From an uncultured Candidatus Actinomarina sp. (GTDB lineage Bacteria; Actinomycetota; Acidimicrobiia; Actinomarinales; Actinomarinaceae), in the NCBI GenBank assembly GCA_902576605.1, contig CACGVI010000001.1:111522-175521 (forward strand): a stretch of DNA of 64,000 nt, written 5' to 3'. The position numbers and the translations under genes are program-made. Shown here in pieces: positions 9,313 through 20,482 of this stretch. Every line of letters starts with the position of its first letter. The stretch's first letter is position 1. Below the pieces are notes generated by a model. The model had not been told where the DNA came from and did no database searches. It saw only the letters and a list, made by a program, of their open reading frames with translations.

Positions 9313-11178
9313 ATGGATAAGAAAAAAGAAATTAATAAAAAAAATAACAATAAGTCGTTTTTTATGTACTTTGCTTTAGGACTGCTTATCTTTCTTGGAG
9401 TACAGCAATACAACTCAACTGTTAACGCACCTGAAAGTAAATCTTTTACTGTTTTTAAAAATGAAATTACCTCCGGTTCTGTAATAGAAGCCACTATAAA
9501 AGAGCAATCAAATATGGTCGAATTTAAAATAGCAAATGATGAAACCTTATATCAAACAGAATATCCAGAAGGTTTTGAAGGAGAAGTTTTTCAACTTTTA
9601 GTTGATCAAGATATAGTCTTAAATACTGACACAGAGCCTGCAGGGTTTCAAGATTATGTTTTTGCATTTTTACCTTGGCTATTTCTTGCAGCATTCATGT
9701 TCTATATGTTTTCTCAAGTTAGGTCAAATGGCAATCAAATCATGCAATTCGGTAAATCTAAAGCAAAAGAGCTCGATGAAGAAGCACCAAAAGTTACATT
9801 TCAAGATGTAGCAGGTGTTGAAGAAGCTAAGGAAGAACTAGAAGAGATAAAAGAGTTTTTGAAGTCTCCTGAAAAATTTAACAAACTTGGTGCAAAAATT
9901 CCTAAAGGAGTTTTACTTGTTGGTCCTCCAGGAACAGGCAAGACCTTACTTGCAAAAGCAGTTGCCGGAGAAGCCGGCGTTCCTTTTTTTAGTATATCAG
10001 GTTCTGATTTTGTAGAGATGTTTGTAGGAGTTGGAGCTAGTAGGGTAAGAGATTTATTTAAAAAAGCCAAAGAATCATCTCCAGCAATCATATTTATAGA
10101 TGAAATTGATGCAGTTGGAAGAATGAGAGGAGCTGGCCTTGGAGGTGGGCATGACGAAAGAGAACAAACTTTAAATCAATTACTTGTTGAAATGGATGGT
10201 TTTGAAGCCAACCAAGGTGTAATACTTATGGCAGCAACAAACAGGCCAGACGTTCTCGATCCAGCTCTATTAAGACCGGGAAGATTTGATCGACAGGTAA
10301 TCGTTGGCAGGCCTGATTTAGCTGGAAGAACTCAAATTCTAAAAGTTCACGCAAAAGATAAACCATTAGCAAAAAATGTCAATTTTGAAACACTTGCAAA
10401 GCAAACACCAGGATTTACAGGTGCTGATCTTGCCAATTTATTAAACGAAGCAGCGCTACTAGCTGCAAGGAAAAATAAAAAAACTATTGGTATTGCCGAT
10501 ATTGAGAATTCAATTGATAGAGTTATGGCTGGTCCTGAAAAGAAAAGTCAAGTAATGACTGAAGAAGAAAAGTTAATTATTGCTTATCATGAAACTGGCC
10601 ATGCTTTAGTAGGCTGGGCGCTTCCTAATGCAGACCCAATTCACAAAGTTACCATTATCCCTAGGGGAAGGGCGCTTGGTTATACTCAAGCATTGCCAGA
10701 TAGTGAAAAATATCTTTCATCTAAGGCTGAATTAAAAGATAGACTTGCAATGCTTATGGGAGGCAGGGTTGCAGAGGAGTTAATATTTGCAGACCCAACA
10801 ACAGGAGCATCAAACGATATTGAAAAAGCAACAGATATTGCGAGAAGAATGGTGATGGAATTTGGCATGAGTGAAAAGCTTGGACCAATGCTTTACGGCA
10901 AAGGTTCAAATGAAGTATTCCTTGGTCGAGACTATGGAAGACAACAAGACTATTCTGACGAAGTCGCCTCATCTATAGATGACGAGGTAAGAAATTTATT
11001 GAATGATGCTCACATAATTGCTGGAAAAATATTAAAGAAGTTTAAAAAACAAATGGATGCAATGGTTAATTTATTAATGGAGAAAGAGACTATTAATAAA
11101 GATGAAGTAGCTGAAGTATTTAAAGCTATTAAAAAAGTAAAAATTCAGGGTACTGGTAAAAGCTTAAGGCTTGCTTGA
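9313..11178 (+). CDS. ftsH: ATP-dependent zinc metalloprotease FtsH
   Basis: Walker A GPPGTGKT, second region of homology (SRH) region, zinc site HETGHAL, and two N-terminal TM helices. Confidence 0.97.
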   Translation: MDKKKEINKKNNNKSFFMYFALGLLIFLGVQQYNSTVNAPESKSFTVFKNEITSGSVIEATIKEQSNMVEFKIANDETLYQTEYPEGFEGEVFQLLVDQDIVLNTDTEPAGFQDYVFAFLPWLFLAAFMFYMFSQVRSNGNQIMQFGKSKAKELDEEAPKVTFQDVAGVEEAKEELEEIKEFLKSPEKFNKLGAKIPKGVLLVGPPGTGKTLLAKAVAGEAGVPFFSISGSDFVEMFVGVGASRVRDLFKKAKESSPAIIFIDEIDAVGRMRGAGLGGGHDEREQTLNQLLVEMDGFEANQGVILMAATNRPDVLDPALLRPGRFDRQVIVGRPDLAGRTQILKVHAKDKPLAKNVNFETLAKQTPGFTGADLANLLNEAALLAARKNKKTIGIADIENSIDRVMAGPEKKSQVMTEEEKLIIAYHETGHALVGWALPNADPIHKVTIIPRGRALGYTQALPDSEKYLSSKAELKDRLAMLMGGRVAEELIFADPTTGASNDIEKATDIARRMVMEFGMSEKLGPMLYGKGSNEVFLGRDYGRQQDYSDEVASSIDDEVRNLLNDAHIIAGKILKKFKKQMDAMVNLLMEKETINKDEVAEVFKAIKKVKIQGTGKSLRLA

Positions 11179-11738
11179 TGAGCGAAGTTCAAACTAATCT
11201 AATCCAGGCACAGGAATCTTTATTTTTCTTGCTAAAAGAAATAACCGATAAAAGTGATGAAGAAATAAAAAATTTATCAATTAAGTTTTTAAACCAAGTT
11301 CAAAAAAAATTATCTAATAAAAGTGATGAAACACTGATTTTTGAATCTCTAAAAGAAGTTACACACAATCAACCTATTTATATAAACGGAATTTCATACA
11401 TAAGCTTATGTGAACATCATATGATGCCTTTTCACGGCTCAGCAAGCATTGCTGTTTTCCCAAAGAAAAAGATATTGGGAATTTCAAAATTTAGTGATCT
11501 TGTAGGACATTTTTCAAACGATTTAACATTACAGGAAAAGTTAACTGAAAAAATTGCCTCGTTCATACACAAAACTTTAGATGCCGATGGAGTGTTTGTT
11601 AAAATGTCTGCAAAACATCTTTGCTCTGATTTATTGAATTCTCAAAATTCATCAGAGGAGGTCATAACTACATACTCAACAGGTGTGTATGAATTAGACT
11701 TTTCTTTAAGAAACGAAGCACTTTTAAACTTTTCTTAA
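11178..11738 (+). CDS. folE: GTP cyclohydrolase I
   Basis: CEHHMMPFHG zinc motif. The ATG overlaps the ftsH TGA (TGATG). Confidence 0.9.
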   Translation: MSEVQTNLIQAQESLFFLLKEITDKSDEEIKNLSIKFLNQVQKKLSNKSDETLIFESLKEVTHNQPIYINGISYISLCEHHMMPFHGSASIAVFPKKKILGISKFSDLVGHFSNDLTLQEKLTEKIASFIHKTLDADGVFVKMSAKHLCSDLLNSQNSSEEVITTYSTGVYELDFSLRNEALLNFS

Positions 11739-11740
11739 AA

Positions 11741-12484
11741 TTGACGGATTGGAATAATCTTTTAAATTCAGTTAATCAAAAAGTAATTGGAATTATTAAT
11801 TCAACAAAGGATTCATTTACTGGTGACGGTGTTTTTGAAAATAAAGAGAGACTGGGATTTTTATTAAAAACAGCAGAAGAAAAGGAAATAAAAATTCTTG
11901 ACGTTGGTGGAGTTTCAACTAAACCAGGCTTTAAAGAAGTAAGTTATGAACAAGAATTAAAAAGACTTAATTTTTTTATTTCTAATTATTTTGGAAAGTT
12001 TAAATTATCCGTTGATACGATGAATTATGACATTGCTAAACATGCTTTAGAAAATAATTTTGAAATTGTCAACGATGTAAGTGGTTTCAATGATTTAAAA
12101 ATGATTCAATTAATTGTTGAAAAAGCTCCAAAGATTATTCTTGTTCATACTCACCCAAATTCATCTGATATTCAAGAAAAGATAAATTACAAAGATGTAG
12201 TAAAAGAAGTAAGAGATCATTTAGAAGAAAAAATAGAAAATTTAATTTCTCTTGGTGTTGATAAAAACAAAATTTCTATTGATCCAGGATTAGGGTTTGG
12301 TAAATCAATGAAGGACTCACAAAAATTATTTGAAAATCTAGAGTATTTTTCGTTTGGATTTCCATTAATTGTGGGTTATTCGAAGAAAAAATTTGCTCAA
12401 AATTTAGAGATGACAGATAAAGAACTTTATAACCATTGTATAGAATCTGGTGCTTCCCTCGTCAGGCTACACATAGCTTCTTAG
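11741..12484 (+). CDS. folP: dihydropteroate synthase
   Basis: GIINSTKDSFTGDG, DVGGVSTKPG and DPGLGFGK motifs. TTG start. Confidence 0.85.
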   Translation: MTDWNNLLNSVNQKVIGIINSTKDSFTGDGVFENKERLGFLLKTAEEKEIKILDVGGVSTKPGFKEVSYEQELKRLNFFISNYFGKFKLSVDTMNYDIAKHALENNFEIVNDVSGFNDLKMIQLIVEKAPKIILVHTHPNSSDIQEKINYKDVVKEVRDHLEEKIENLISLGVDKNKISIDPGLGFGKSMKDSQKLFENLEYFSFGFPLIVGYSKKKFAQNLEMTDKELYNHCIESGASLVRLHIAS

Positions 12485-12523
12485 TTTTATATTTAAGCTA
12501 CTATATAATTTACGGAGGTTACA

Positions 12524-12994
12524 ATGGCTGGTTTAAAACCCAATGATTTTCATTGGATAATTGAAGGGAAACTAGCTGTTTCAGAATGCATTGGAGGTGG
12601 GGGTCTTACTCCTCGTAAAATAAGAAGGGAAGAAGAAATTCAATGGCTAAAAGGACAGGGCATTAATGCAATTTTTTCTTTACTTGATTCAGACTTTAAT
12701 CTTCAAAACTACCAAGAAGTGGGTTTTAGAACTTATCACTATCCACTAAATGATGACATTCCAAAAGAGTCACTAGATGTTATTTTTGATGCAATCAAAG
12801 AAGCTTTATCGGATAAGGATCGAAAGCTTTTAATACATCGAGAATTATTAGATGAACAAGTGCCAGGAATTCTTGCCGGTTATTTAATTTACTCTAAGCT
12901 TCTCGACGACCCTATATTGGCTAGAACTATATTAGAAAAAATATTAGAAAAACCACTTTCACCCAAAGCTATTGCTCTAATTCCCAGTACATAA
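12524..12994 (+). CDS. dual-specificity-phosphatase-fold protein lacking the CX5R catalytic loop
   Basis: Its layout matches small archaeal/bacterial DSPs (as I recall the SsoPTP type): W..EGKLA, EIQWLKGQGINAIFSL and YHYPLNDDIP. Where HCxxGxxR is expected the sequence reads IHRELLDEQVPG. It has its own TATAAT (12504-12509) and GGAGG. Confidence 0.5.
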   Translation: MAGLKPNDFHWIIEGKLAVSECIGGGGLTPRKIRREEEIQWLKGQGINAIFSLLDSDFNLQNYQEVGFRTYHYPLNDDIPKESLDVIFDAIKEALSDKDRKLLIHRELLDEQVPGILAGYLIYSKLLDDPILARTILEKILEKPLSPKAIALIPST

Positions 12995-12997
12995 ATA

Positions 12998-13366
12998 ATG
13001 TCATTCGACATAAATATTTCTAAAATCAAGTGCTATGGAAAACATGGAATTTATAATCACGAAAAACAAAACGATCAAGAATTTTTGATAGATATTCACA
13101 TCAATATTTCTGAATTTTCTGAAGACGATATCAACAAAACACTTAATTATGAGGAAATTGTTAATTTAGTCATTAAATTCGTAAACACAGAAAGCTATGA
13201 TTTAATTGAAACTTTGGCAAAGCAAATTTCTGAACAAATTGTATTTAAATATGCAAAAAATGAATCTATGTTACAAGAAATTAAGGTCACAGTTCATAAA
13301 CCAGATACAATTTTAAAAGATAGAACAGAGGGCATTTCGGTTTCTTATCGTGAAGAATTCAAATAG
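12998..13366 (+). CDS. folB: dihydroneopterin aldolase
   Basis: 122 aa with GKHGIYNHEKQNDQEFLIDI (G.HG..E...Q.F..D pattern). Position is between folP and folK. Confidence 0.85.
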   Translation: MSFDINISKIKCYGKHGIYNHEKQNDQEFLIDIHINISEFSEDDINKTLNYEEIVNLVIKFVNTESYDLIETLAKQISEQIVFKYAKNESMLQEIKVTVHKPDTILKDRTEGISVSYREEFK

Positions 13367-13823
13367 TATTTTTCTTTCCTTGGGTTCAAATATTGGTGAT
13401 AAAGAAAGCAATTTAATTGATGCATTGAGGCTAATTTCTAATTTTGCCAAGATAATTAAAATGTCATCACTCTACAAAACAGAACCACTACTTTATAAAG
13501 AACAAGATGATTTTTTCAACCTTGTTATTGAAATTGAATATCAAGAAACAGCTAGAAATTTACTGGTAAAAATTAAGGAAATAGAAACTAAAATGGGGCG
13601 AAAGAAAAATTTTAGATACGGACCAAGGTTGATAGACATAGATATTATATTTTTTAAAGGTGAAGAAATTGATGAAGAAGATTTAATTATCCCTCATTAT
13701 GATTGGCAAAATAGACTTTTTGTTGTCGAGCCTTTATACGAGGTTTTAAAGAAGCCTTTAGATAAATCTAGTTTTAAAATTTTTGATCAAAAAATAACTA
13801 ATATTGGTAAAATTAAAACTTAA
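13350..13823 (+). CDS. folK: 2-amino-4-hydroxy-6-hydroxymethyldihydropteridine pyrophosphokinase
   Basis: LSLGSNIGD and GPRLIDIDIIFF motifs. Confidence 0.9.
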   Translation: MKNSNSIFLSLGSNIGDKESNLIDALRLISNFAKIIKMSSLYKTEPLLYKEQDDFFNLVIEIEYQETARNLLVKIKEIETKMGRKKNFRYGPRLIDIDIIFFKGEEIDEEDLIIPHYDWQNRLFVVEPLYEVLKKPLDKSSFKIFDQKITNIGKIKT

Positions 13824-13850
13824 GTACGGGCACCATTTTAGGGCACGATA

Positions 13851-14669
13851 ATGACAAAAGTGATAAATACAATAAACGATAATATCCTTTCTGAAAATAT
13901 TTGTTTTATTCCCACAATGGGAGCAATACATGAAGGTCACCTATCACTTGTAGATATTGGGAAAGAAACAAATTTAAAAACTTTGGTATCAATATTTCTA
14001 AATAGAAGACAATTCAATAGTGATGACGATTTCAAAAATTATCCTATCGAGCTTGAACAAGATATTCAATTTTTGAAAAGTAGGGGTGTTGATTTTATTT
14101 TTCTGCCCCAGGAAAGCTACATTTATCCTAGTGAAGGAGTACCTTCTATTATTCCCGGTAAAGTGGGATCTATTCTCGAGGGAGCATCAAGGCCTGGCCA
14201 TTTCGAGGGAGTTTTAACTGTTGTAAATAGACTGTTTGATTTAGTAAAGCCTAGCCATGCTGTGTTTGGGAAAAAAGATGCGCAACAATTATTTTTAATT
14301 AAGGACATGGTTAGTCGGCTTGATTTAAATATTGAAATAATAGAAGGCGAAATATTTCGAGATATAAATGGACTTGCTTTGAGTAGCCGAAATAAGCATT
14401 TATCACAAGATGCTAAATTAAATGCAGCAAATATTTTTAAATCTTTACAAAAAGTGGCTAAAGAAATAAATTTAGGTAAAAGTTTTGAAGAATCTGTTGA
14501 ACTTGGAATTAGTTCAATTAGTCAAAATGAAATAGATTTGGACTATCTTGAAATAGTGGATAAAGAAAATTTTAATTATCCAAATAAATACTCAAAGAAA
14601 TTAAAGTTATTAACTGCAGCTTATGTTGAAAATGTAAGGTTGATAGACAATATTGATATAGAAATATGA
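13851..14669 (+). CDS. panC: pantoate--beta-alanine ligase
   Basis: PTMGAIHEGHLSLV (HIGH-like) and FGKKDAQQL motifs. Confidence 0.92.
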   Translation: MTKVINTINDNILSENICFIPTMGAIHEGHLSLVDIGKETNLKTLVSIFLNRRQFNSDDDFKNYPIELEQDIQFLKSRGVDFIFLPQESYIYPSEGVPSIIPGKVGSILEGASRPGHFEGVLTVVNRLFDLVKPSHAVFGKKDAQQLFLIKDMVSRLDLNIEIIEGEIFRDINGLALSSRNKHLSQDAKLNAANIFKSLQKVAKEINLGKSFEESVELGISSISQNEIDLDYLEIVDKENFNYPNKYSKKLKLLTAAYVENVRLIDNIDIEI

Positions 14670-15433
14670 AAAAAATAATAGCAATTGATATTGGAAATAC
14701 TGAAACAACAGTTGGAATTGGGAACAATGATGGCTGGGATTCTTACAGGTTTACTACTAGAGATGCAAACACTCCAGATGAATTGTTAGCGCTTTTTAAC
14801 TCAACTTTTAACCTAATAGATGACAAAAGAAATGATTTAGCAGGTTCTATAGTCTGCTCAGTTGTTCCTCAAGTAACAAATAATATGGTTCAAGCAATTG
14901 AGAAATATCTAGATTTCCCACCTATCGTTGTGGGGCCTGGTATTAAAACAGGTTTAAAAGTAAATATTGATAATCCAAAAGAATTAGGACCTGACAGGAT
15001 AGCAAATTCAGTTGCTGGTTATAAAATTGCCGAGTCAGATGTTGTAATTATTGATTTAGGGACAGCAACTACTTTTGATGTTGTAAACAATAAAAAAGAA
15101 TATCTAGGCGGAGCTATCGCACCGGGTATAAAGATTAGCCTGGATGCTTTAACATCGAAGACCGCATCTTTGAAATCTGTTGAACTAGACCTTCCAAAAA
15201 AAGTTGTAGGTAAAAATACTTATGAAGCTATTCAGAGCGGGTTAATTTTTGGGCACGCATCTATGATAGATTCTATGATTGAGAGACTTTTACAAGAATT
15301 GGGTACAAAACCAAAAATTATTCTAACTGGAGGTTTAAGTCCAATTATTCAGCCTGCACTTAATTTAAATGCACAGTATGAAGAAAATTTAACATTAGTC
15401 GGGTTAGAAGAAATATTTAACTTAAATAATTAA
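14666..15433 (+). CDS. coaX: type III pantothenate kinase
   Basis: IDIGNTETTVG and IDLGTATTFD ASKHA-fold phosphate motifs. ATGA overlap with panC. Confidence 0.9.
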   Translation: MKKIIAIDIGNTETTVGIGNNDGWDSYRFTTRDANTPDELLALFNSTFNLIDDKRNDLAGSIVCSVVPQVTNNMVQAIEKYLDFPPIVVGPGIKTGLKVNIDNPKELGPDRIANSVAGYKIAESDVVIIDLGTATTFDVVNNKKEYLGGAIAPGIKISLDALTSKTASLKSVELDLPKKVVGKNTYEAIQSGLIFGHASMIDSMIERLLQELGTKPKIILTGGLSPIIQPALNLNAQYEENLTLVGLEEIFNLNN

Positions 15434-15442
15434 GATATAAAT

Positions 15443-16924
15443 GTGACCGAATTATCAAAATCTGAAAAAGAAATATATGACCTTAGACGTGAGAAGGTTA
15501 AAAAATTAAAAGGAACAGAGTCTTTTCCAACATACTATAAAAATGCAAGTTTTATAAGTGACATTCATGCCAACCATCAAAGCCTTGACAATGGAGAACA
15601 AACAGATATTAGTGTTGCTGTGAGAGGTCGAGTACTAAGTATTAGGTCTTTTGGAAAATTAACATTTATAGATGTAAAAGACTCAACTGGCAAAATACAA
15701 CTACTTGCTTCTAAAGATGATTTAGATGAAAAATTAGAAGAACACATTGAATTAATGGATGTTGGGGACATAGTAGGTACTTTTGGAAGCATAATGAAAA
15801 CAAAAAAGGGTGAGCTTTCATTAAAAATTTCGAGTTTAACAGTTTTGAGCAAATCTTTAAGAACACTTCCTGAAAAGTGGCATGGATTGAAAGATAAAGA
15901 AACTAGATTTAGACAAAGGTATCTTGATTTAATCGTAAATGATGATGCAAAGAAAACTATAGATACGAGATTTAAAGTTCTCAAATTAATAAGAGAGTTT
16001 ATGGTTAGTGATGGGTTTATTGAAGTTGAGACCCCTACACTCCAGCCAAAAGCAGGAGGTGCGATTGCCAAACCTTTTGTGACACACCATAATGCAATGA
16101 GTATTGACATGTTTCTTCGAATTGCTCCTGAGTTATATTTAAAAAGATTAATTATTGGTGGTTATGAAAAAGTTTTTGAAGTTGGAAAAGTTTTTAGAAA
16201 TGAAGGCATTGACCAAACACACTCACCTGAGTTCACAATGATGGAAAGTTACGAAGCTTACACAGATGTAAATGGTGTAATGGACATGGTTGAAAAGATG
16301 TGTGAGTACATATTACGTCAATTAAATCATGATTTAAAGATAGAATTTATTAAAAAAGAAGCAGATTTTAGTTTTCCTTGGAAAAGAATAAGTATGTTTG
16401 ATTTGGTAAGTGACCATTTTGATGTTGAAATCAAACATAATTCAGATTTAAAACAAATCAAAGAAGAGTTGTTAACAAAACATAATATAGAGAATGAATC
16501 TAAAACTACAGGAATGTTAGTTTACGATTTGTTTGAAAAATATATTGAAGACAATATTGTAAATCCTACATTTGTAACAGACTACCCCAAAGAAGCCTCA
16601 CCATTTGCCAGGGAAAGTAAAGAAAAGAACGGAGTGACTGAAAGGTTTGAATTATTTGCTTTTGGTAGTGAATTAGCCAATGGTTTTTCTGAACTCATTG
16701 ATCCAGTTGATCAAGAAGCAAGGTTAAAAGAACAAGCTCAAAAAAAAGCTCAGGGAGATGAAGAGGCACATGTAGAAGACAGGGACTACATTGAAGCTTT
16801 AGAGTATGGACTACCTCCAACTGGGGGGCTTGGTTTTGGTGTAGATAGATTTGTAATGATGCTTACAAACAATGAATCAATTAGGGAAGTTATTGCATTT
16901 CCACATCTAAAACCTGAAAATTAA
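15443..16924 (+). CDS. lysS: lysine--tRNA ligase (class II)
   Basis: OB-fold N-domain and class II motifs (FRNEGID; GLGFGVDRFVMMLT). GTG start. Confidence 0.95.
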   Translation: MTELSKSEKEIYDLRREKVKKLKGTESFPTYYKNASFISDIHANHQSLDNGEQTDISVAVRGRVLSIRSFGKLTFIDVKDSTGKIQLLASKDDLDEKLEEHIELMDVGDIVGTFGSIMKTKKGELSLKISSLTVLSKSLRTLPEKWHGLKDKETRFRQRYLDLIVNDDAKKTIDTRFKVLKLIREFMVSDGFIEVETPTLQPKAGGAIAKPFVTHHNAMSIDMFLRIAPELYLKRLIIGGYEKVFEVGKVFRNEGIDQTHSPEFTMMESYEAYTDVNGVMDMVEKMCEYILRQLNHDLKIEFIKKEADFSFPWKRISMFDLVSDHFDVEIKHNSDLKQIKEELLTKHNIENESKTTGMLVYDLFEKYIEDNIVNPTFVTDYPKEASPFARESKEKNGVTERFELFAFGSELANGFSELIDPVDQEARLKEQAQKKAQGDEEAHVEDRDYIEALEYGLPPTGGLGFGVDRFVMMLTNNESIREVIAFPHLKPEN

Positions 16925-17904
16925 TTTGTTCGATTAATAAGATAATTGTTTATGTTTTCTAGAACTGGAAATAATTCATGATTTTTGAGTGTAAATATAG
17001 CCTCTATACTTTTATTTAAGTAGCCATTGATTATTTCTTTTGAGTCGTCAATTATTTCCTTTGTAGTAAATTCATTAAGTATGTTTTTAATATCAATTTT
17101 ATTTTCTTTTACTTCAGTTAGGAGTTCCTGGTACTTACCTTTATCTTTACTTAATGCAATTAAAACTGGTAATGTATAAGTTCCTTCTAAAATATCATTT
17201 CCTGCAGGTTTTCCTAACGTTTCTGAGTCAGAGGTCAAATCCAATATATCATCAGAAATTTGAAAAATTATTCCACAGTTCCAACCCCAGTTGCTCAAGG
17301 CGTCAACAACCTCACTATTTGCAGAGCTAGCAAGAGATCCCAATCTTGCACTTGTTCTAATAAGACTTGCAGTTTTTCCTTCAATTACTTTTATATAATC
17401 CTCAATCTTTTGATCAAAATCAAAAGCTAAATTCAACTCTTTAGTTTGACCCTCAACCAATTCTGCATAAGTTGAAGCTAGAAGCTTTACAGATTCTAAT
17501 CCTAAACTTTCTGCTGCAAGTTCAGAAGATCTAGCAAGCAAATAATCTCCTGCAAGAATTGAAAGGGTAGAGTTCCACTTTGAGTTTGAACTTTCAACTC
17601 CTCTTCTTGTTGTAGCATTGTCAATGACATCGTCATGATATAAACTTCCAATATGTATTAGCTCTACACAAACACCAGCATCGATAATTTTGTTCATATT
17701 TTCAATTTCATTCCCAAATTTTCCAGCGAGAGACGTGACTATTGGACGAAATCTTTTTCCACCTGCATTTATTAGATATTGAGAAATTGACGTAAGGTAA
17801 TCGTTTGAAGAGGTAGAGGTCTCTAAAAGCCTTTTTTCCAATATATTCAAATTGCTCCAAATATCATCAAAAGGTATTATTTTTTTAATTTCATTACTCT
17901 CCAT
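16921..17904 (-). CDS. trans-polyprenyl diphosphate synthase
   Basis: First and second Asp-rich motifs LYHDDVIDN and FQISDDILD. Chain length cannot be told from sequence alone. Confidence 0.88.
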   Translation of the reverse strand: MESNEIKKIIPFDDIWSNLNILEKRLLETSTSSNDYLTSISQYLINAGGKRFRPIVTSLAGKFGNEIENMNKIIDAGVCVELIHIGSLYHDDVIDNATTRRGVESSNSKWNSTLSILAGDYLLARSSELAAESLGLESVKLLASTYAELVEGQTKELNLAFDFDQKIEDYIKVIEGKTASLIRTSARLGSLASSANSEVVDALSNWGWNCGIIFQISDDILDLTSDSETLGKPAGNDILEGTYTLPVLIALSKDKGKYQELLTEVKENKIDIKNILNEFTTKEIIDDSKEIINGYLNKSIEAIFTLKNHELFPVLENINNYLINRTN

Positions 17905-17983
17905 AATTAAAGAATAAAGTAAATGTATAAATAGTTGTAATTTTCATTTAAGTGTATAAACAGAGCATTGGTAATATAACAAT

Positions 17984-20464
17984 ATGTTTGAAAGATTTAC
18001 GGATAGAGCTAGAAGAGTAGTAGTTTTAGCTCAAGAAGAAGCTAGAAGGCTCAATCACAATTACATTGGCACAGAACACATACTTCTTGGATTGATTCAA
18101 GAAGGTGAAGGACATGCTGCAAAAGCTTTAGAAGAATTAAATATTAATATCGACAGCGTCAGATCAGAAGTCGTAGAAATAATAGGAGAAGGCCAACAAT
18201 CACCAAGTGGGCATATACCTTTTACACCTAGAGCAAAAAAAGTTCTTGAGCTTTCTTTAAGAGAGGCTTTACAACTTGGTCACAATTATATTGGCACAGA
18301 ACACATACTTCTTGGTTTGATTCGTGAAGGCGAAGGTGTTGCTGCTCAAGTTCTCAAAAAATTAGGCGCTGAATTATCTCAAGTTAGACAAACAGTTATT
18401 AAATTAATTTCATCTGCTGGTGAGAGCAAAAAACAACAAGCTGCGTCTACTGGAGGTAGAGAAAGACCCGGTTCAGGAACAGGTTCTGCAATTTTAGATC
18501 AATTTGGACGAAATCTTACAAGAATGGCAAAAGAAGGAAAGCTTGACCCAGTCATTGGAAGAACTACTGAGATTGAAAGAGTAATGCAAATACTATCAAG
18601 AAGAACAAAAAATAACCCTGTGCTAATTGGAGAACCTGGTGTTGGTAAAACTGCAATTGTTGAAGGTTTAGCACAAAAAATTGTTTCTGGAGATGTTCCG
18701 GTAACCCTCGAAGGTAAACAAATTTATACACTTGACTTATCTGCTTTAGTAGCAGGATCTAGATACAGAGGAGACTTTGAAGAGCGTCTTAAGAAAGTGC
18801 TAAAGGAAATAAAAACAAGGGGAGATATCGTACTTTTTATAGATGAAATTCATACACTTGTTGGTGCAGGTGCTGCTGAGGGAGCAATTGATGCAGCTTC
18901 AATTTTAAAGCCAATGTTAGCAAGGGGAGAACTCCAAACAATAGGTGCGACAACTCTTGAAGAATTTAGAAAGCATTTTGAAAAGGATGCTGCTCTTGAA
19001 AGAAGATTCCAGTCTGTACAAGTAGATGAGCCAAAACTTTCAGATGCCATTGAAATATTAGATGGACTAAAAGATAGGTATGAGGTTCATCATGGAGTCA
19101 GGTTTACTGACCAGGCTATAGCTTCAGCAGTAAATATGGCAGACAGATATATTTCAGATAGATTTTTACCTGATAAAGCCATTGATCTAATTGACGAAGC
19201 TGGTAGTCGTATGAGAGTTTACAAAAAACCTCTTGATCAAGATAAGCAAGAAGTAGCTGACAAACTTAAGAATTTAAGAGAACAAAAAATTGACGCTGTT
19301 CAATCACAACTATTTGAAAAAGCAGCCCAAATAAGAGATCAAGAAAAACTTTTACTCGATGAAGTGAATACTTTAGATTCATCATCTTCGTCCGAAATCG
19401 AAATGGTAATTGATGAAGAAGAAATTGCTGAAGTTTTAGCTCAATGGACAGGCATACCAGTTCACAGACTAACTCAAGAAGAGACAGCCAGATTGCTAGA
19501 AATGGAAACAGAGTTACACAAAAGAATTATTGGTCAAAATGAAGCAATTTCCGCTGTTTCAAAAGCTATCAGAAGAACAAGGTCGGGATTGAAAGACCCT
19601 AAAAGACCATCAGGATCCTTTATATTTCTGGGACCGTCTGGAGTTGGTAAAACCGAGACCGCAAAAGCTTTGGCTGAATTTCTTTTTGGTGATGAAGATT
19701 CATTGATACAAATTGACATGTCTGAGTATATGGAAAAACACACAGTTAGCAGGTTAATTGGTTCACCTCCTGGTTATGTAGGTTATGATGAGGGAGGCCA
19801 ACTTACTGAAGCTGTTAGAAGAAAACCTTTTAGTATAGTACTTCTTGACGAAGTAGAAAAAGCACATCCTGACGTTTTTAACACTCTTCTACAAATTTTA
19901 GAAGACGGAAGGCTAACAGATGCTCAAGGAAGAACTGTTGACTTCAAAAACACAATAATAATTATGACCTCTAACTTAGGTACAAAAGATATAGCTAAAA
20001 ATGTTGGATTTAGTAGTTTGAGTGAAATTGATAATTATGAAAAGATGAAATCAAAAGTTGGTGAAGAGCTAAAAAGATATTTTAGACCCGAGTTCTTAAA
20101 TAGAATTGATGAAACAATTGTATTTCATGAACTTACAATTGATGAAGTTAAAGAAATAGTTGATTTAATGCTTGATAGAGTTCATACCCAGCTCAAAAAT
20201 TCTGATATAGAAATTGTACTGTCTGACGAAGCAAAAGAGTTTTTGGCTACAGAAGGATACGATAGAGAATTTGGTGCAAGACCTTTAAGAAGGTCTATAC
20301 AAAGGTTGCTTGAAGATCCTCTTTCAGAGGAACTTCTTCAGGGCAAGTACAAAGCTGGTTCAACAATCATTATTTCTCTAAACAAAGATGAAAACACCTT
20401 AGAGTTCGAGTCAGTAGAAGCTCCTGATGAACCGCCAGTTGATTTTGTAGATTCTGAGTCATAA
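17984..20464 (+). CDS. clpC: ATP-dependent Clp protease ATP-binding subunit ClpC
   Basis: Duplicated Clp-N repeat ([14 protein letters not shown] twice), two AAA+ modules ([16 protein letters not shown]) and a UVR-like linker. Confidence 0.97.
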   Translation: MFERFTDRARRVVVLAQEEARRLNHNYIGTEHILLGLIQEGEGHAAKALEELNINIDSVRSEVVEIIGEGQQSPSGHIPFTPRAKKVLELSLREALQLGHNYIGTEHILLGLIREGEGVAAQVLKKLGAELSQVRQTVIKLISSAGESKKQQAASTGGRERPGSGTGSAILDQFGRNLTRMAKEGKLDPVIGRTTEIERVMQILSRRTKNNPVLIGEPGVGKTAIVEGLAQKIVSGDVPVTLEGKQIYTLDLSALVAGSRYRGDFEERLKKVLKEIKTRGDIVLFIDEIHTLVGAGAAEGAIDAASILKPMLARGELQTIGATTLEEFRKHFEKDAALERRFQSVQVDEPKLSDAIEILDGLKDRYEVHHGVRFTDQAIASAVNMADRYISDRFLPDKAIDLIDEAGSRMRVYKKPLDQDKQEVADKLKNLREQKIDAVQSQLFEKAAQIRDQEKLLLDEVNTLDSSSSSEIEMVIDEEEIAEVLAQWTGIPVHRLTQEETARLLEMETELHKRIIGQNEAISAVSKAIRRTRSGLKDPKRPSGSFIFLGPSGVGKTETAKALAEFLFGDEDSLIQIDMSEYMEKHTVSRLIGSPPGYVGYDEGGQLTEAVRRKPFSIVLLDEVEKAHPDVFNTLLQILEDGRLTDAQGRTVDFKNTIIIMTSNLGTKDIAKNVGFSSLSEIDNYEKMKSKVGEELKRYFRPEFLNRIDETIVFHELTIDEVKEIVDLMLDRVHTQLKNSDIEIVLSDEAKEFLATEGYDREFGARPLRRSIQRLLEDPLSEELLQGKYKAGSTIIISLNKDENTLEFESVEAPDEPPVDFVDSES

Positions 20465-20482
20465 AAACACTACAATAATTAA

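Noticed and set aside
9132-9494. 120-aa minus-strand ORF across the hpt-ftsH junction
   Set aside because: It overlaps two well-supported genes and has no motifs. The remaining short antisense or alternate-frame ORFs in the track (for example 7734-8102 and 50053-50316) were rejected for the same reason.
15577-16110. 177-aa minus-strand ORF inside lysS
   Set aside because: It is a shadow ORF opposite an unambiguous class II lysyl-tRNA synthetase, with no start context or motifs.
18056-18336. Two ~56-nt DNA segments about 90 % identical, 225 nt apart, in clpC
   Set aside because: They encode the known internal Clp-N repeat ([18 protein letters not shown]). Strong codon bias in an AT-rich genome explains the nucleotide identity, so this is not a mobile or regulatory repeat.
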